A stretch of DNA of 63,079 nt, filler included, from Choristocarpus tenellus KU-1152 (taxonomy: Eukaryota; Protista; Phaeophyceae): assembly GCA_964200185.2 (NCBI GenBank). It is 9 parts of 9 records of this genome, joined end to end, with 100 filler letters (N's around TTAATTAATTAA, not from the genome) between each part and the next. Parts side by side here need not be neighbours in the genome. Positions count along the whole stretch, not along the records: positions 59,535 to 63,079 come from CAXNAD020019347.1; 8 more parts are not named here. One strand, written 5' to 3'. Below, piece after piece: positions 61,381 to 63,079 of the stretch (positions are counted from its first letter, which is position 1; each line of letters starts with the position of its first letter). The position numbers and the translations under genes were made by a program. The notes under the pieces are model-generated. The model searched no databases. It was given only the letters and a program-made list of their open reading frames with translations, and was not told the DNA's origin.

Positions 61381-62750
61381 AACCCAACGATATCAGCAAA
61401 CGAGAAGGATATCGGCGCAGGGGCGGATACTATTGTTGGGCGATGACAGCGAGGGTGTTGTTGTAGAAACAGTGACAGAGTATGTGATCGATGATGATGG
61501 GATCTGTAGGGAGTGCAAGGTTCATGTCCATGCGTGGGCTAGGCAAACGTTAGATGATATGGGTGAAGCACTGTTGTCGTCATGAGGACGGTGTAGCGTT
61601 TTCTGTTGAGACTGCTTTTTGCGAACATGCGTCAAACGGCAAACCCCGCCGACATGGAAGGAATATTGAATATGAGAACGCACCAATACCATACACAGAT
61701 GAAAAGGATTTACGCACCAACTCGGGTTAGATGTCGGGAGGGCAACCATGCACAGGTTTGTGTTTGAACATAGGCCAGACAGAAATGAAGAAATTTGATA
61801 TGTTAAATGTCGGACGGCAAAGGCCATCAATTTCCAAAGCACAGCAAAACGGTTGGGGGTGGTGTGTATCGATTTGGAACAAGCATGGAAAGCAGGAAAA
61901 CCTTAAGTTGAGCCGCGAAAGTGAAAGCATGATTACACCAGTTTGAAACGAATATGGCAATTTTGGAACGTAATTTGAAGTAGAATTTTGGTATGTTCTG
62001 CCGGTTGGCAGAAGCCATCAAATTCTAAAGTGAGGTTACCGTGGTTTTTTTACTAAGCTACGCGCATGTGGTGATACCAACGTGCGAGTTAAATCGAGAT
62101 TGCGTTGCGACGCGATACGAACCTTATCAGAAACGTTCCAGTCGTATCGAAGCCCTTACACGTCACTACGCATAGTATTCAACAGATGAATGTTGTGGTG
62201 CGTGGAATTGGATTGTGGAATCCTAGTTCTATTTCGGATCAGTTGTCTGATTACTCTCAATATATGTCACTGCAACCCATGTTCTAATTTTGGTTAAGTT
62301 CGGCTGAATTCACTGGAATAAATTCTGACGATAGCCGCTGCATTACCAGTACATCGACATGTTATATATAAGGTGAAATCTGTCTCTTCACGGATTGGGT
62401 TGAGTGTTCGAGATGTAAGTAATTAGTGTTGGTTATGGTTTGCTTGTAAGGATCATGGGTGTTGCCTTCAGGGCTTACATTGTCAGCATCTAGGGTGGGT
62501 GGGGTGATTACGGTAGGAGGCTTTGGATGGTGGGCTGCCGACTGGGTATGGTGTAGGCGGTGCTCTGACAAGGGAGTAAAGAGATTACATGCTTAGAAAT
62601 CGCCACAGATGCATACAGTATTTCGACATCCGATCGGTGTTGGGTTAGGTCTAACGTGAAATGTGGTCGGGTAAGCGACACTGGCACTGTTTGTAGCAGA
62701 CAGTTTGTGAATGGTTTCGATCAAGCAAATTATATACTCTGGAGTAGTGA

Positions 62751-62998
62751 TTTTGGTGATACCGCTCTTGACAGCTGGTGTGTAGACGGTTCTAATGGTA
62801 ATAATACAGGGCCATCGGATTTGAAAATGTTGGTCATACCACTACTGACAGCTGTTGTGTACACAGTTAGTTGTAATGGTAAGAAATACAGGCCATCGAA
62901 TTTCAAAATGTTGGTGATGCCACTACTGACAGCTGGTGTGTACATGATTGTAACGGTAAGAAATACAGGAGCATCGAATTTCAAAATGTTGGTGATAC
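62751..62998 (+). repeat. ~80-bp tandem repeat, about 3 copies
   Basis: aatacagg..catcg.attt.aaaatgttggt.at.ccactactgacagctg recurs. Confidence 0.85.
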
Positions 62999-63079
62999 AG
63001 TAGGTGCCCCTATTTTGTGCCAAACATTATACGGCTTTTTTTTAAATGCTCAAAAAAAAAAAAACGTACCGGCATTCTC

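Noticed and set aside
62751-62998. Repeat-spacer array
   Set aside because: The apparent spacers are homologous to each other, so this is an ordinary ~80-bp tandem repeat.

Overview
This is eukaryotic, intron-rich genomic DNA, not prokaryotic. It is probably a brown alga or related stramenopile; that is an inference from the long introns, TTAGGG motifs, a GAL3ST-type sulfotransferase exon and a PPR protein with a bipartite-like leader. The window is nine contigs joined by eight identical 100-bp spacers (N44-TTAATTAATTAA-N44), so gene order across spacers is unreliable. By hand I could splice four complete or near-complete homologues: RTRAF/C14orf166 (4 exons), a fimbrin/plastin-like protein with only one actin-binding domain (6 exons), a PPR protein (7 exons) and RRP8 rRNA methyltransferase (5 exons). 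Partial models cover a secreted EGF-Ca-type protein, a coiled-coil protein, a Cys-rich unknown, a Ser/Thr/Pro-rich protein, a WRAP73-like last exon, a membrane protein and a GAL3ST exon. There is one intact tRNA-Gln(CTG) followed by genomic CCA. Mobile DNA includes an abundant ~175-bp poly-G MITE (about 11 copies or ends, at most contig breaks), a long-TIR element, a second dispersed repeat, and mariner and chromodomain relics. The most notable observations are the 'half-fimbrin', three AG|GCAAG (GC-AG) donors among about 27 inferred donors, and the MITE family. I see no CRISPR array or clearly novel multi-gene system. All homology calls come from motif recognition, not database searches.
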